From assembly GCA_963724295.1 (NCBI GenBank), contig CAVRUC010000009.1, forward strand, positions 249,133 to 313,132: a DNA stretch of 64,000 nucleotides. Reading direction: 5' to 3'. The notes under the pieces are model-generated. The model had not been told where the DNA came from, made no database searches, and saw nothing but the letters and a program-made list of their open reading frames with translations. This document shows positions 1-12,677 of the stretch, one piece after another. The number at the start of each line of letters is the position of its first letter. Positions within the stretch are counted from its first letter, which is position 1. The DNA comes from an uncultured Chloroflexia bacterium. Its GTDB lineage: Bacteria > Chloroflexota > Chloroflexia > Thermomicrobiales > UBA6265. The translations under genes and the position numbers were made by a program.

Positions 1-359
1 GTGACAGGCGTAGGACCATAGCCACAACAGCTGGCCATTGCGCCCGCGTCAGAACCTGGGAGAAGTTCGCTCGGCGTCAGGCGCGAGTATCTCAAGAATC
101 GTGCAACGTCGGCCGCATTCCCTGATCGCGGCAACCGGTAGAGCTCGTGGCCGACGCTTGTTGCCCGACTCCCTTGGTTTACCGCCTCCGGCGTCAGCGG
201 TCGGCGAGTCTGCCCGCCGCCCAAGAGGAGAAGAGTCCCGCGCAAGACGGTCACACAGGCAGTATTGACATGCATTGCAATATGATCCTTAAATGAAACC
301 ATCATAACGTTCGAGTGTAGTCAGTCGGCGCGGCCGCTGACTCCTGAAGGGAGTGGTCC

Positions 360-842
360 ATGCAGCACCTGTACACCGTCGAGGCCGGCGACACACTGCG
401 GTCCATTGCTCAGCGGTTCTATGGCGACGAGAACCAATGGCGCCGCATCTTCAACGCCAACCGGGACCAGATCTCCAACCCCGACCAGATTTCCGTGGGG
501 TGGGTGCTGACCATCCCGGGCTTTCGTCCGTACGCCGTCAAGGCCGGTGACACGCTGAGATCCATCGCCCAGGGCTTCTACGGCGACGAAAATCAATGGC
601 CGCGCATCTTCAACGCTAACCGGGATCAGATCAATGATCCCGACGTGATTTCCGTGGGGTGGATCCTGCGCATTCCGACGGACTTCCTGTACACCGTCGT
701 GGCTGGCGACACGCTGCGATCCATCGCTCAGCAGATCTACGGCGACGAGAGCCAGTGGCAGCGCATCTTCGACGAAAACCGGGACCAGATCTCAAATCCC
801 GACGTGATTACGGCCGGGCAGGTGCTAATTATTCCACTGTAG
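360..842 (+). CDS. Protein made of three tandem LysM domains (Kbp/XkdP-type LysM)
   Basis: Three ~50-aa repeats [49 protein letters not shown]; SD GAAGGGAG upstream; no signal peptide. Confidence 0.93.
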   Translation: MQHLYTVEAGDTLRSIAQRFYGDENQWRRIFNANRDQISNPDQISVGWVLTIPGFRPYAVKAGDTLRSIAQGFYGDENQWPRIFNANRDQINDPDVISVGWILRIPTDFLYTVVAGDTLRSIAQQIYGDESQWQRIFDENRDQISNPDVITAGQVLIIPL

Positions 843-881
843 AAAAGCAGCTGGGTGGCGTTGAAGGGCTGAAGCTCTATG

Positions 882-915
882 AGAAGCCGGCCAGGTTGAT
901 TCCCGGCCGGCTTCT
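882..915. terminator. Stem-loop between convergent genes
   Basis: AGAAGCCGGCC...GGCCGGCTTCT 11-bp inverted repeat. Confidence 0.6.
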
Positions 916-985
916 ATTCCGAGGGTTGTCGCAAGCCATGCAGTGCGCCGAAAACGAAGCGTGACGGATGCCTACGTCGATCGCT

Positions 986-1931
986 TCACGCGGCCGCGTC
1001 GAGCAGCGGCGCGCTTCCCTGGTTGCGCTGGGTGCGCAGGCGGCGCCAGAGATGAACGACGATCGCCCCCGCCCCGAAGAGCCCGGCCAGCGCGATGACG
1101 ATCCCTCCCACGATCGGGAATCAGCCCGATGACCTGGAAAATGACGACGCCGAGCACGGCCTCCAAATAGGGGTGGGCGAGATCAGGCCTCGTGTGACGG
1201 AGATCGGCGACGAAGAACCCGAGCCGTGTTCCCGTCGTCACGTACCCGAGACCCCATAGGAGCGGCAAAACAACCAACAGCAGGGTGATGCCGATCGGAA
1301 TGCCAATCACCGTGAAAAACGCCACGATGGCGCCGATCGGAGCCACGATCCAGAAGATCACCGCGGCCGCGGCCGCCAGCCCCGGCCGCGCGCCGAGCAG
1401 GCCGGCGACGTCCGCCAGCTGGCGCCCCCCGATCGCGGCCCATCCCAGCGCCACGACGACAAAGAGCAGCGTCATTCCCAGCCAGGCAACAAAGGAGACT
1501 GCCGCCGTGACCCGCCTCAGCTCGGCGCCCATCGCCGCTCCACTTCGTTCCACGACCTCGCCGGCGATCACCGCACCATCGGCTTGATTCAGCTGGCCAT
1601 TGATCAGCACGACGTCGCCATCAATGCGCGCCGTCGACTCGAGACGAAGCGTGCCGTTGACGACGATCGCATCCCGGCCGACATCGCCGGAGACCGTCGC
1701 CGTCTGATTGACGACCACGAGCGTGTCACGCACCTCGCCCGCCACTTGGGCATCGCTGTTGACGGCAACCAACGTGTCGACGCTCTCACCGGCCGCCAGC
1801 TCAACCGTGCCGTTAACACGGACATAAACGTCGTCCTTGTTCTCCTGTGCCAGTACTCTCCCAGGCGCCAGGAGTAGCGCCAGCGCCGCCGCGACAAGCG
1901 CCATGAGCGTGACGTGGCTACGGGGGATCAT
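986..1931 (-). CDS. Membrane protein with N-terminal polymer-forming (bactofilin-like beta-helix) region; frameshift near C-terminus
   Basis: Signal peptide, V/G/D-rich repeats (VAGEV, VSGDV, IDGDV), then several TM helices; the last helix continues in another frame to a stop at 986. Confidence 0.7.
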
Positions 1932-2183
1932 GTGGCCACCGTTCCTTTCATCGGGCACAGCGGTGCCTGGCCGCGACTCTCGGTATTCTCAGATGCACAC
2001 GCTCATTATCACCCGAGGAATTCTGCTCAGCGCCATGGCGCGGGGACGTGAAGCGGCGCTATCGAACCCAGAGGCTCTGCCAGGGCGGGCTGGTGGGTCT
2101 TGTCGGCGCACCGTCTTGGCAAACCCGACCGCTCCCGCTACGCTCTGTCCGAACAGACGTTCGGTGTACGGACGGAGGGAAGC

Positions 2184-2855
2184 GTGGGCGAGTGGCTGCC
2201 CGTCGAATCGACGGGCCATCGTGCATATCTTGCCGTGCCGGATCGTGGGTCCGGTCCCGGCGTGCTGGTCCTGCACGCCTGGTGGGGGCTGACGCCGGTC
2301 TTCACCGAGGTGTGCGACCGATTGGCGGCGGCAGGTTTCGTGGCGCTGGCGCCGGGTCTGTTCCCCGACGAGGCGACGGCCGCGACCATCGCCGAGGCCG
2401 AGGCGTTGCTCGGTGCGCTCGATGAGGCGGCCGTGGCGGAGCCGGTCGTGCAGGCCGCGACCGACCAGCTGCTCGGATTGCCGGTGGTGACCGGAGGATC
2501 GATCGCGGTAATCGGCTTCTCGCTCGGCGCCTACTGGGCGCTGCATCTGTCGCAGGCGCGGCCGGACGACATCGGCGCGGTTGTCGTCTTCTACGGCACG
2601 GATGACGGCGATTACAGCACCGCGCGGGCCGCCTTCCTCGGTCACTTCGCCGAGCATGATGACTACGAGCCGCAAGAGGCCGTGCGCTCGTTGGAGGAGA
2701 GGATCCGCGCCGCGGGGCGCGATGTGACCTTCCACGTCTATCCCGGCACCGGCCACTGGTTCTTCGAACCAGACCAGCCGCAGGCCTACGACGCCAGGGC
2801 AGCGGAGTTGGCCTGGGTGCGTACGCTGGACTTTCTGAAGGCGCAACAGACCTGA
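2184..2855 (+). CDS. Dienelactone hydrolase family protein
   Basis: VLVLHAWWGL, GFSLG nucleophile elbow, YPGTGHWF; GTG start after SD GGAGGGA. Confidence 0.9.
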   Translation: MGEWLPVESTGHRAYLAVPDRGSGPGVLVLHAWWGLTPVFTEVCDRLAAAGFVALAPGLFPDEATAATIAEAEALLGALDEAAVAEPVVQAATDQLLGLPVVTGGSIAVIGFSLGAYWALHLSQARPDDIGAVVVFYGTDDGDYSTARAAFLGHFAEHDDYEPQEAVRSLEERIRAAGRDVTFHVYPGTGHWFFEPDQPQAYDARAAELAWVRTLDFLKAQQT

Positions 2856-2859
2856 CCGG

Positions 2860-3339
2860 CTAGGAGTTCAGCAACTCATAATCCCAGAGCCCGTGATCGA
2901 CCTCGGGCAAGTTGGGCACCCCTAGGCGTTCCAGGATATGCAGCGCCTCGGTGCGATGCTCCGCATTGTGCAGCACGACGTGGAGGATCGTGCCGCCGAA
3001 CGACTTGCGCGCGTCGTAGTGATCGATGTAGGTGTCCTCCAGGCGCTGCTCGTCGCGAAACTGGCGAGCGAGGGAGGCGAAGCCTGCGTAGGAGCGCTCG
3101 TGGCGGGCGATCAGCGCGGTCACTGAGCGGTCGTCTCGCTGCTCGTCGACCGGCTGCTCGGTCATCAATGCGGTCCAGAATGCGATGTTGACGATCACAT
3201 GCTCGAAGGTGTCGCGCAATGTCCGGTGACCGATATCGAATTCCTGATCGAGCTGTGCATCGGTCAGACCGCGGCTCAGGTCCAGGAGCTGGGCCGTGGC
3301 CCAGTGGTCGTGCTCCAACAGCCGATCGAGCAGATCCAT
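2860..3339 (-). CDS. DinB family protein
   Basis: HDHWAT...TLRDTFEHV...HVVLHNAEHR metal-binding His pattern. Confidence 0.85.
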   Translation of the reverse strand: MDLLDRLLEHDHWATAQLLDLSRGLTDAQLDQEFDIGHRTLRDTFEHVIVNIAFWTALMTEQPVDEQRDDRSVTALIARHERSYAGFASLARQFRDEQRLEDTYIDHYDARKSFGGTILHVVLHNAEHRTEALHILERLGVPNLPEVDHGLWDYELLNS

Positions 3340-3616
3340 CCGATGCTCTCCATAGTCAATGCCGGCCTCAGGGGATCGACGTCCATCCATGGTAGAAGGT
3401 AATGCGGACATCGCTCGTCCTGAAAGGGATCTCCGCCGCGGTTGCCAGCGTTACGGCGCGGATTTCAGCGGCACCCCGTCCAGAAGTGCCACGAAGTCTT
3501 TCAGCGAACTCGACTTGGCCGGCCGGCGGCGGTGTTTCCGCTGCCATGCCTGAGCGTTCGGACGCGCCACGGCGATGCGAGACACCCAGCTCCTTGAGGC
3601 GCCACGACTCCGCGTT

Positions 3617-3904
3617 CTACACCTCGGCAGCGTCGCGACCCACCATTGAGGGCCGGGATTCCGGCGCGGAATTGGCCGCGCTCGACGTGGCTGGCGGTGG
3701 TTCAGGGGTGCTCTCCGCCAGCGTGCGTGCGCCCTGACCGTAGCGCATCGGCGCCATCCCGAACAGCACCATCGCCGTGATCAGGAGCAGGATGGCCACT
3801 AACGTTCTCTGCATCGTGCCGTCGCCGGTGACCAGGAGCACCAAACCGAGCACGAGCGGGACCGCGGCGGCGATCCACCATCTGCGGGGCGTTCCAAGAA
3901 ACAT
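3617..3904 (-). CDS. Small hypothetical membrane protein (two TM helices)
   Basis: Two hydrophobic segments; SD AAAGGA upstream. Confidence 0.6.
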   Translation of the reverse strand: MFLGTPRRWWIAAAVPLVLGLVLLVTGDGTMQRTLVAILLLITAMVLFGMAPMRYGQGARTLAESTPEPPPATSSAANSAPESRPSMVGRDAAEV

Positions 3905-4092
3905 CCTGGTTTCCTTTCTGCGATGAAGCCGTCCGGAATATCCTCCCTGGCTCGGTAGCGTCGGAGCCGCGGGAAGCTACCGCGACCGCGGACAGAAGCC
4001 GCGTTGGCGACCTCGATGATACCGCTCCGCTGGGCAGCAGCACGACGTCACCGGCTGACCAGTGAGGACGCCCCCCATGCTACCGTTCGACC

Positions 4093-4572
4093 ATGAGCGC
4101 GACTCACATCCAACGCCACATCCACGCGCCCCGCGCCGCCGTCTATCGCGCGTTGCTCGATGCCGAGGCGGTCGCGAGCTGGATGGTCCCGACCGGCATG
4201 ACCAGCCAGGTGCATGCCTTCGACCCTCGCGAAGGCGGTGCGTTCCGGATCTCGCTCACGTACGACGAACCGACCGGGACCGGCAAGACGACCGCGCACA
4301 CCGACACCTACCACGGCCGCTTCGTCAAGCTCGTGCCGGACGAGCAGGTGGTCGAGATGGTCGAGTTCGAGACCGAAGACCCCGCGCTGCAAGGCGAGAT
4401 GACGATCACCTTTGCGCTCGCCGATGCCGGCGGCGGCACCGAGGTCGTGGCCGTGCACGATGGGCTGCCACCCGGTCTGTCGGCCACCGACAACGAGACC
4501 GGCTGGCGGATGTCGCTGGCCAACCTCGCGGCACTCGTCGAGGCGGGAGACCCCGCACGACCGAACCACTGA
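4093..4572 (+). CDS. SRPBCC/AHSA1 (START-like) domain protein
   Basis: APRAAVYRALLD...FDPREGG...GRFVKLVPDE...GW; extended -10 TGCTACCGT 6 nt before ATG suggests a leaderless mRNA. Confidence 0.9.
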   Translation: MSATHIQRHIHAPRAAVYRALLDAEAVASWMVPTGMTSQVHAFDPREGGAFRISLTYDEPTGTGKTTAHTDTYHGRFVKLVPDEQVVEMVEFETEDPALQGEMTITFALADAGGGTEVVAVHDGLPPGLSATDNETGWRMSLANLAALVEAGDPARPNH

Positions 4573-4626
4573 CCGAGCCCCACTACCCCGTACGCGGCAG
4601 ACTGGAAAAGCAAGTGAGCACCGTCG

Positions 4627-5910
4627 TCAAGGGTGCCACCGCGCGAGGTGCTCTCGGTGCGTCTCCAGATAGGCCTCGGGTCCATAGAACCGGTCGTAAT
4701 AGTCGAGATCGATGTGTTGCGCCTGGGCGTACACCCGCACGTAGACGCTTGGGATCGTGGCCGGGAACTTCCCGAACGCGTCGTGGAGGTACTGTGCCAC
4801 CTCTCCCAGCGCATCCACGAACTCCGGGCTGTATCGCTCGATCGCGGCCTTGATCCGCGCGTTGTCGCGGAACGGGCCGGCGCGGGCGGGATCGTACGTG
4901 CCGCCTGGGCCGAATTTCAGGGCCACGAAGCGATCCACGGCCGCTCGCATGTCCGCGAAGTACGGTGGGCAGAGTCCTTCGAAAACGTCATCCAGCCCGA
5001 CCGGGTTTGGCGAAGTCCACGTGGGGTCATGGGTGAAGCGGAACCCCAGGCCGGGGATGCCGTCGCCGGCGAATGCGCCGAGCACACTCGGTGCATTCAG
5101 GCCGGTGAACATCCAGCCGCCGAGACCCATCGCCTGCATCACCAGCACGATGTTCTGGCAGATCAGTCCCAGTTCGATCGCTCCGGTGGTCAGCGTCGAC
5201 TGCTCGATATCGACGATGGAGGCTTGCTTGCGCTCGTCGAGCAACCCGGATCGGATGAATCGATCCAGGTCGCCACACGGCCTGTTGTGCATTGGATCCC
5301 AGGGGACGGCGCCTTCGGCCAGCTGAATCGCCAGGAACTCCAGCAGTTGCTGCGTCAGGTCGACGATCGGGATGAAGAGCGTCGTGCCGGGCCGGTTGGC
5401 GTTCCAGTAGTTGTGCGCATCCATGTGCGGGGACGCGGCCGGGAGCTCGATCCTGCCGCCGGCGAGACGCATGCAGTGCCTGTCCGCGCGGTGGACCAAT
5501 TCGCCAAGATCGGATGCCGCCTGGAGTTCCTGCAACCGCGCCGGATCGAGATCGCGGAAGCGGGTGATGAACGTTCCGGCATCGTCGCTGACGATCAGCT
5601 CGGAGGTCCCGATACCGGCGGCGCTCGCCGCGACCCGCCCGGTCAGCCGAATTGGGTAGTTGCAACCGCGGTCCGGATCGGCCGTGGCAGTGTGCTCCAT
5701 CCCCAGGTGCCACCCGCTGACGCCGGCCCCGCACAGCACGAGCACTGTGCGCTCCAGATCGGTGAGCGGGAGCGGCGGATGCGACGAGTCAAAGGCGAGC
5801 GGTCCGTCCGGGATGGACATGCCCATGCCGAACCGACGGGAGCGCCGCCCAAACAGCGCCCTCAGCAACGGGAACCGGGCCAGATTGTCGAGGGGAGTTC
5901 GTTGGTCCAA
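4627..5910 (-). CDS. Nitroreductase-fold uncharacterised flavoprotein
   Basis: N-terminal RRSRR FMN-phosphate motif and C-terminal ELGLICQNIVLVMQAMGLGGW motif; TTG start after SD GGAG. Confidence 0.6.
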   Translation of the reverse strand: MDQRTPLDNLARFPLLRALFGRRSRRFGMGMSIPDGPLAFDSSHPPLPLTDLERTVLVLCGAGVSGWHLGMEHTATADPDRGCNYPIRLTGRVAASAAGIGTSELIVSDDAGTFITRFRDLDPARLQELQAASDLGELVHRADRHCMRLAGGRIELPAASPHMDAHNYWNANRPGTTLFIPIVDLTQQLLEFLAIQLAEGAVPWDPMHNRPCGDLDRFIRSGLLDERKQASIVDIEQSTLTTGAIELGLICQNIVLVMQAMGLGGWMFTGLNAPSVLGAFAGDGIPGLGFRFTHDPTWTSPNPVGLDDVFEGLCPPYFADMRAAVDRFVALKFGPGGTYDPARAGPFRDNARIKAAIERYSPEFVDALGEVAQYLHDAFGKFPATIPSVYVRVYAQAQHIDLDYYDRFYGPEAYLETHREHLARWHP

Positions 5911-6130
5911 AACGCATCTCCAGGCGCGTCGACCCACCAGCCAGGACTCCGACCTCCCGCCGGAACTGAGGCCGACAACCACCGTAACCACCGTTGGTCA
6001 TGGCCTCTATATGAAACCCGAGTCATTGGCTGTCAAGTGGAACACTGAAGCGTGGTGACCATAGTGGTCGCCCCAGGAGCCGGCTTCATCAGTACCAACA
6101 ACGGTCGAAGCCCTGCGCAGGAACTGGTAA

Positions 6131-7069
6131 CTACCACCCCTCGATCATCGTGAGTTCGAGCTCCGCCAACCCCTCCGGATCCGCGATGGCGTCGATGGCG
6201 ACGACTTTTCCCTCGCGGATCGAGAAGTCGAGGACCATCATCAGGCGACCACGCGGTGCCACCACCACGCCCACGTTTCCGTTGACCAGCACCGGCCGCG
6301 CCGCCCGCGCGCGGCCACGCATCGCCTGCGGCGCCACCGCCTCGGCGCCGCGGACCTCCCGCTGCCCTCCCACCAGGGCAGTCACGGCGTCATAGCGGAG
6401 GACGACATCCGGGTCGAGGACCGCCAGCAAGCCCCGAAAATCGCCAGCTCGCGCGGCAGCCAGGAAGGCATCGACCACCGCCCTCTGCCGGTCGCGGTCG
6501 CCGCCGCCCGCCTTCACAACGCTCTCGCGGCCATCTCCCTCACCTCGTTCGCCCGCCCCTACCTCCGCACCCGCCCCATGCACGCGGCGGCGCGCGCGAC
6601 TGGCGAGCTGCCGCGTCGCGGCCGGTGTCCGCCCCACGATCGGCGCGATCTCGTCGAAGGGAACGGCAAACATGTCGTGCAGGACGAATGCCAGCCGCTC
6701 AGCTGGCTCCAGCTTCTCCAGAACGACCAGCATCGCCAGGCCGACCGAGTCGGCCAGCAGCGCCTCCTGCTCGGGATCGACGCCTTCCGCGCGATTAGCC
6801 GGTGTCGCCAGTCCCGACGCGTCCAGGGACTCCTCGCGTCGCGACTTGCGGAAGCGCAGCATGTCGAGGCAGAGCCGCGCCACCACCTGCGTCAGCCAGC
6901 CGCCGAGGTTCTCGACGCCGCTGGTGTCGGTGCGGTTGAGGCGGAGCCACGCCTCCTGCACGGCGTCGTCCGCTTCACTCACCGAGCCGAGCATGCGGTA
7001 GGCTACCGCCCGCAAGTGGGACCGGTGCTCCTCGAACCGCTCCGCCAGCCAGTCGCGCTCATCCATCAT
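6131..7069 (-). CDS. ECF sigma-70 factor with C-terminal SnoaL-like extension (SigJ/ECF41-like)
   Basis: AYRMLGSVSEADDAVQEAWLR, ERLAFVLHDMF, RQLASRARRRV, then FLAAAR.GD...LDPDV, NGNVG. Confidence 0.92.
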   Translation of the reverse strand: MMDERDWLAERFEEHRSHLRAVAYRMLGSVSEADDAVQEAWLRLNRTDTSGVENLGGWLTQVVARLCLDMLRFRKSRREESLDASGLATPANRAEGVDPEQEALLADSVGLAMLVVLEKLEPAERLAFVLHDMFAVPFDEIAPIVGRTPAATRQLASRARRRVHGAGAEVGAGERGEGDGRESVVKAGGGDRDRQRAVVDAFLAAARAGDFRGLLAVLDPDVVLRYDAVTALVGGQREVRGAEAVAPQAMRGRARAARPVLVNGNVGVVVAPRGRLMMVLDFSIREGKVVAIDAIADPEGLAELELTMIEGW

Positions 7070-7160
7070 CGCGTCCTTTCGCCCACATGATCTTCCCGCG
7101 AGATCACCGCAAAGGCAAAGCGCCTGTGCTGTAGCAGCTGTGTGTCCCGCTCGCGCATCG

Positions 7161-7220
7161 GTCACATTCCGTCGTCGCGGTTCGTCAAGGTAGTGACAGA
7201 CGATGTCCCGTCAATGTGAC
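7161..7220. promoter_or_regulatory. Two opposed ECF41-type promoters
   Basis: + strand GTCACA(7161-66)-N16-CGTC(7183-86); - strand GTCACA(7220-15)-N16-TGTC(7198-95). Confidence 0.7.
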
Positions 7221-7255
7221 GAGGACGGGTAGAAAAACAAGGAGGACGCACGATA

Positions 7256-7612
7256 GTGACCGGCTCTTCCACCCAGGGAATCAAGACCGTGCTGCACCCC
7301 GTTTCCGATCTGGCGGCGGCCAGGGAGGTATACGCCGCCCTGCTCGGCGTACCTCCGCAAACCGACGAGTCCTACTACGTCGGCTTCGACGTCGCCGGCC
7401 AGCACATCGGACTGGTGCCGGGAGGTGGGCAGCGGGGCATGACCTCACCGGTGGCCTACTGGCACGTGTCGGACCTCGAGGCGAAGCTAGCCGAGGTGAC
7501 CGCCGCCGGCGCGACGGTAAACGAGCCGGCGCACGAGGTCGGTGGCGGCCGCCTGGTGGCCACCGTCACTGACCCAGATGGCAACGTTCTCGGGCTGCTG
7601 CAGGACCGATGA
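7256..7612 (+). CDS. VOC/glyoxalase/bleomycin-resistance family protein
   Basis: PVSDLAAAREVY...VGGGRLVATVTDPDGNVLGL; SD AGGAGG. Confidence 0.9.
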   Translation: MTGSSTQGIKTVLHPVSDLAAAREVYAALLGVPPQTDESYYVGFDVAGQHIGLVPGGGQRGMTSPVAYWHVSDLEAKLAEVTAAGATVNEPAHEVGGGRLVATVTDPDGNVLGLLQDR

Positions 7613-8064
7613 GTGCCGCGCCGCGCTCCCGCGTTCAGCGCCGCCGCGACACCGAGCACCGGCTCACCCACGACACAGACGTCTGGGTGGCCACTGCCTC
7701 GGTGGATGGCGCGCCGTACCTGGTGCCGCTCTCCTTCGACTGGGATGGCGAGGCGCTACTGATGGCCACGCCAGCTGACAGTCCGAGCGGCAGGAACCTG
7801 GCCGCCACCCGAACGGTTCGGCTGGGGCTGGGCCCCACCCGTGACGTGTCCATGATCGAGGGCGACGTCGAAGTTCTCGAGATCGACGCGCTGCCGCGGG
7901 AGAGGGGTGACCGATTCGCCGCGCGCACCGGCTTCGACCCGCGCGCGCTGGCCACCCCGTATCGCTGGTATCGCATCTCCCCGCGCCGCATCCAGGCCTG
8001 GCGCGAGGCGAACGAGCTGCCCGGCCGCGAGCTGATGCGCGACGGCCGCTGGCTGATCGACTAG
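7609..8064 (+). CDS. Pyridoxamine 5'-phosphate oxidase-like (split barrel flavin) protein
   Basis: WVATAS.DGAPYLVPLSF.WDG; ATGA overlap with the VOC gene. Confidence 0.85.
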   Translation: MSAAPRSRVQRRRDTEHRLTHDTDVWVATASVDGAPYLVPLSFDWDGEALLMATPADSPSGRNLAATRTVRLGLGPTRDVSMIEGDVEVLEIDALPRERGDRFAARTGFDPRALATPYRWYRISPRRIQAWREANELPGRELMRDGRWLID

Positions 8065-8176
8065 CGGAGGCGCGCCGTGTCCGACGAGGCGGCCGAATAG
8101 GGTTGGCGGTGCGTCGCCTTGCTCGCGTGAGGGCCGTCGCCACGAAATCGTGTACTAGCAGAGGAGAAATCAGGAA

Positions 8177-8642
8177 ATGGCACAGCAGTCCGCCAAGAGC
8201 AACGCCGCGATCAATGAGACGTCTCAAGGATTCACGGCCGAGGAACGTGCCGCGATGAAAGAGCGCGCCAGGGAGTTGAAGGCCGAAGCGCGCGCACAGA
8301 AGGACAAGGCCGCCGGTGAAAGCGATCTGCTCGCCAAGATCGCCGAGATGCCGAAGCCGGATCGCGCCATGGCCGAGCGGCTCCATGCCATCGTCAAATC
8401 CAAGCGCGCCATCCCTCTCGCCGAAAACCTGGTACGGGATGCCCGCGTATGCCAGGGACGGCAAGGTCGTCTGCTTCTTCACGCCCGCCTCGAAGTTCAA
8501 CTCGCGGTACGCCACGTTCGGCTTCAACGACATCGCGAATCTCGACGACGGCGCCATTTGGCCGACCTCCTTCGCGTTGACGGAGTTAACCGCCGCCGCG
8601 GAGGAGAGGATCGCCGCGCTCGTGAAGCAAGCGGTGAGCTGA
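8177..8642 (+). CDS. DUF1801 (YdhG-like) protein; +1 frameshift near 8402
   Basis: [13 protein letters not shown]...AERLHAIV continues in another frame as [16 protein letters not shown]...RYATFGF. Confidence 0.85.
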
Positions 8643-8710
8643 GGACAACACGGCAACATCCTCACCCTCGGGTCGAGGTGCTACTCGCGAGAGATGGAGA
8701 CACGGTGAGC

Positions 8711-11098
<2,388 letters not shown>

Positions 11099-11127
11099 CC
11101 CGGGCGCGTCCTCGGGATGCGCCCGGG
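11099..11127. terminator. GC stem-loop between convergent genes
   Basis: CCCGGGCGCGTCC...GGATGCGCCCGGG immediately after the uvrA stop. Confidence 0.55.
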
Positions 11128-11159
11128 GATCGGATCTTGGGAGCTGCCAGCGCGATCGA

Positions 11160-11819
11160 CTATCGACGCGTGAACGTCAGGTGCGCGACGCCACTCGGTG
11201 ACGAGACGATCTCGACGTCGAAGCGCTCCTCGATGCCTTCCAGGCCGTCCCACAGGCGGACGCCGCGGCCGAGCAGGATCGGGACCTGCACGACGTGAAG
11301 GAAGTCGATGAGGTCGGCCGCGAGGAAGTTGCGCACGGTTGTCGGGCCTCCACCGATGCGCACGTCGAGCCCGCCGGCCGCCTGCCGGGCGAGGTCGAGC
11401 GCCTCGTGCGGGCTGGCGTCGACAAAGTGGAACACGGTGCCGCCCTCCATCTCCAGCGATGGGCGCGGGTGGCGCGTGAGCACGAACACCGGGGTGTGGA
11501 ACGGAGGGTTTGGCCCCCACCAGCCGCGCCATTCTTCGTCGGTTCCGACGCCGAACCACGGGCCGCCCGTCGGCGGGCCGAATTTGCCCCGGCCCATTAT
11601 CTCGGCGCCGATGCCGAAGCCGTGCCGCTCGGCAAAGGCGTGGTCAACGCCCATGCCGCCTCCGGCCTCGCCCATCATCGCGTGCCAGAACCGGGTCCCG
11701 AACATCCACTCGTGCAGACGCTCCCCGGCGTGCCCGAACGGGGCGTCGAGCGTTTGAACATCCCCGGTTCCGAACCCGTCGAGCGAAATCGAGAAGTTGT
11801 GCACGCGGACCTGGGACAT
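11160..11819 (-). CDS. Dihydrofolate reductase/RibD C-terminal family protein
   Basis: [34 protein letters not shown]. Confidence 0.9.
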   Translation of the reverse strand: MSQVRVHNFSISLDGFGTGDVQTLDAPFGHAGERLHEWMFGTRFWHAMMGEAGGGMGVDHAFAERHGFGIGAEIMGRGKFGPPTGGPWFGVGTDEEWRGWWGPNPPFHTPVFVLTRHPRPSLEMEGGTVFHFVDASPHEALDLARQAAGGLDVRIGGGPTTVRNFLAADLIDFLHVVQVPILLGRGVRLWDGLEGIEERFDVEIVSSPSGVAHLTFTRR

Positions 11820-11934
11820 GATGCCTCCTGCTCTCAAAAGCCAGTCAATTAGGAACTGATCTTGACGAGCCGAGCATAGCCGGTGACCGGTGACCAACGC
11901 TCAAAGGAAGCCGCTGCGCGCTGAAATCGTGGAC

Positions 11935-12660
11935 TCAACGACCTGTTGACGTGCGAAGAGCGTCGGCCCAGGCCCGGTTCAGCGCATCGGCTTGCTTCCG
12001 ATGCGGCGACTGGGGTCGCCAGTCGCTGGGTAGTTCAACGTCCAGCTTGGCGGCGATGCCTTGGATCACACGCCGGCGATCGCCAACGAGTTGCTCGTAG
12101 GTAACCCCATGCGGCTCGACCTCTTGAGCATCGAACCATGCCTGCCAGGCGGCGTTGTGCTTTCGGATCGTCTCCATCAGCACTCTCATGTGTGCGATGT
12201 CCTGGTGTGGCTCCTGAGCAATGAAATCGCCTTGCTGCCAGTACCCGGTCTGCTCGGCTCGACACCATGAGACGGCCTGCGCCGCAATGTCCTCGCGTTG
12301 CAGATGAACGAAGGTCAGAGGACCAAGTGCCTCCTCGAGCATCAGCAAATCAGATTTCCCCGGCACCTGACCCAGACCTTCCGTCATGCGCCCGAGCGAC
12401 CCCCACATGATGCGGACACCAAACACGCCGTTGCTCGACGTGCCGGCGCTGAGCGCCGCATTCACGAAGGCGCGGTAATCCCGGACCTGACCGCCCTCGG
12501 TGACCAGGCCGAACCTTGTAGCCCAGGCGACTTCGTCAGGCTCGCGGAAGTACGACTCGGGCCGACCGAGGACGCCGGTCGAAGAGAGCAAGTTACACAG
12601 CAGAGTGCTGCCTGTGCGCGGCGTTCCACAAAGGACATACGAGCGCGGCAGATCCTGCAT
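11935..12660 (-). CDS. Stf0-family sulfotransferase
   Basis: YVLCGTPRTGSTLL PAPS-binding loop, GRPESYF, NGVFG, QAVSW.RA.QTG.W. Confidence 0.88.
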   Translation of the reverse strand: MQDLPRSYVLCGTPRTGSTLLCNLLSSTGVLGRPESYFREPDEVAWATRFGLVTEGGQVRDYRAFVNAALSAGTSSNGVFGVRIMWGSLGRMTEGLGQVPGKSDLLMLEEALGPLTFVHLQREDIAAQAVSWCRAEQTGYWQQGDFIAQEPHQDIAHMRVLMETIRKHNAAWQAWFDAQEVEPHGVTYEQLVGDRRRVIQGIAAKLDVELPSDWRPQSPHRKQADALNRAWADALRTSTGR

Positions 12661-12677
12661 TAGACGCCACTCCCGTA

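Noticed and set aside
1..359. Riboswitch upstream of the LysM gene
   Set aside because: There is a TTGACA at 265 and a small hairpin near 320-342, but I cannot match c-di-AMP or c-di-GMP aptamer consensus; an Rfam search would settle it
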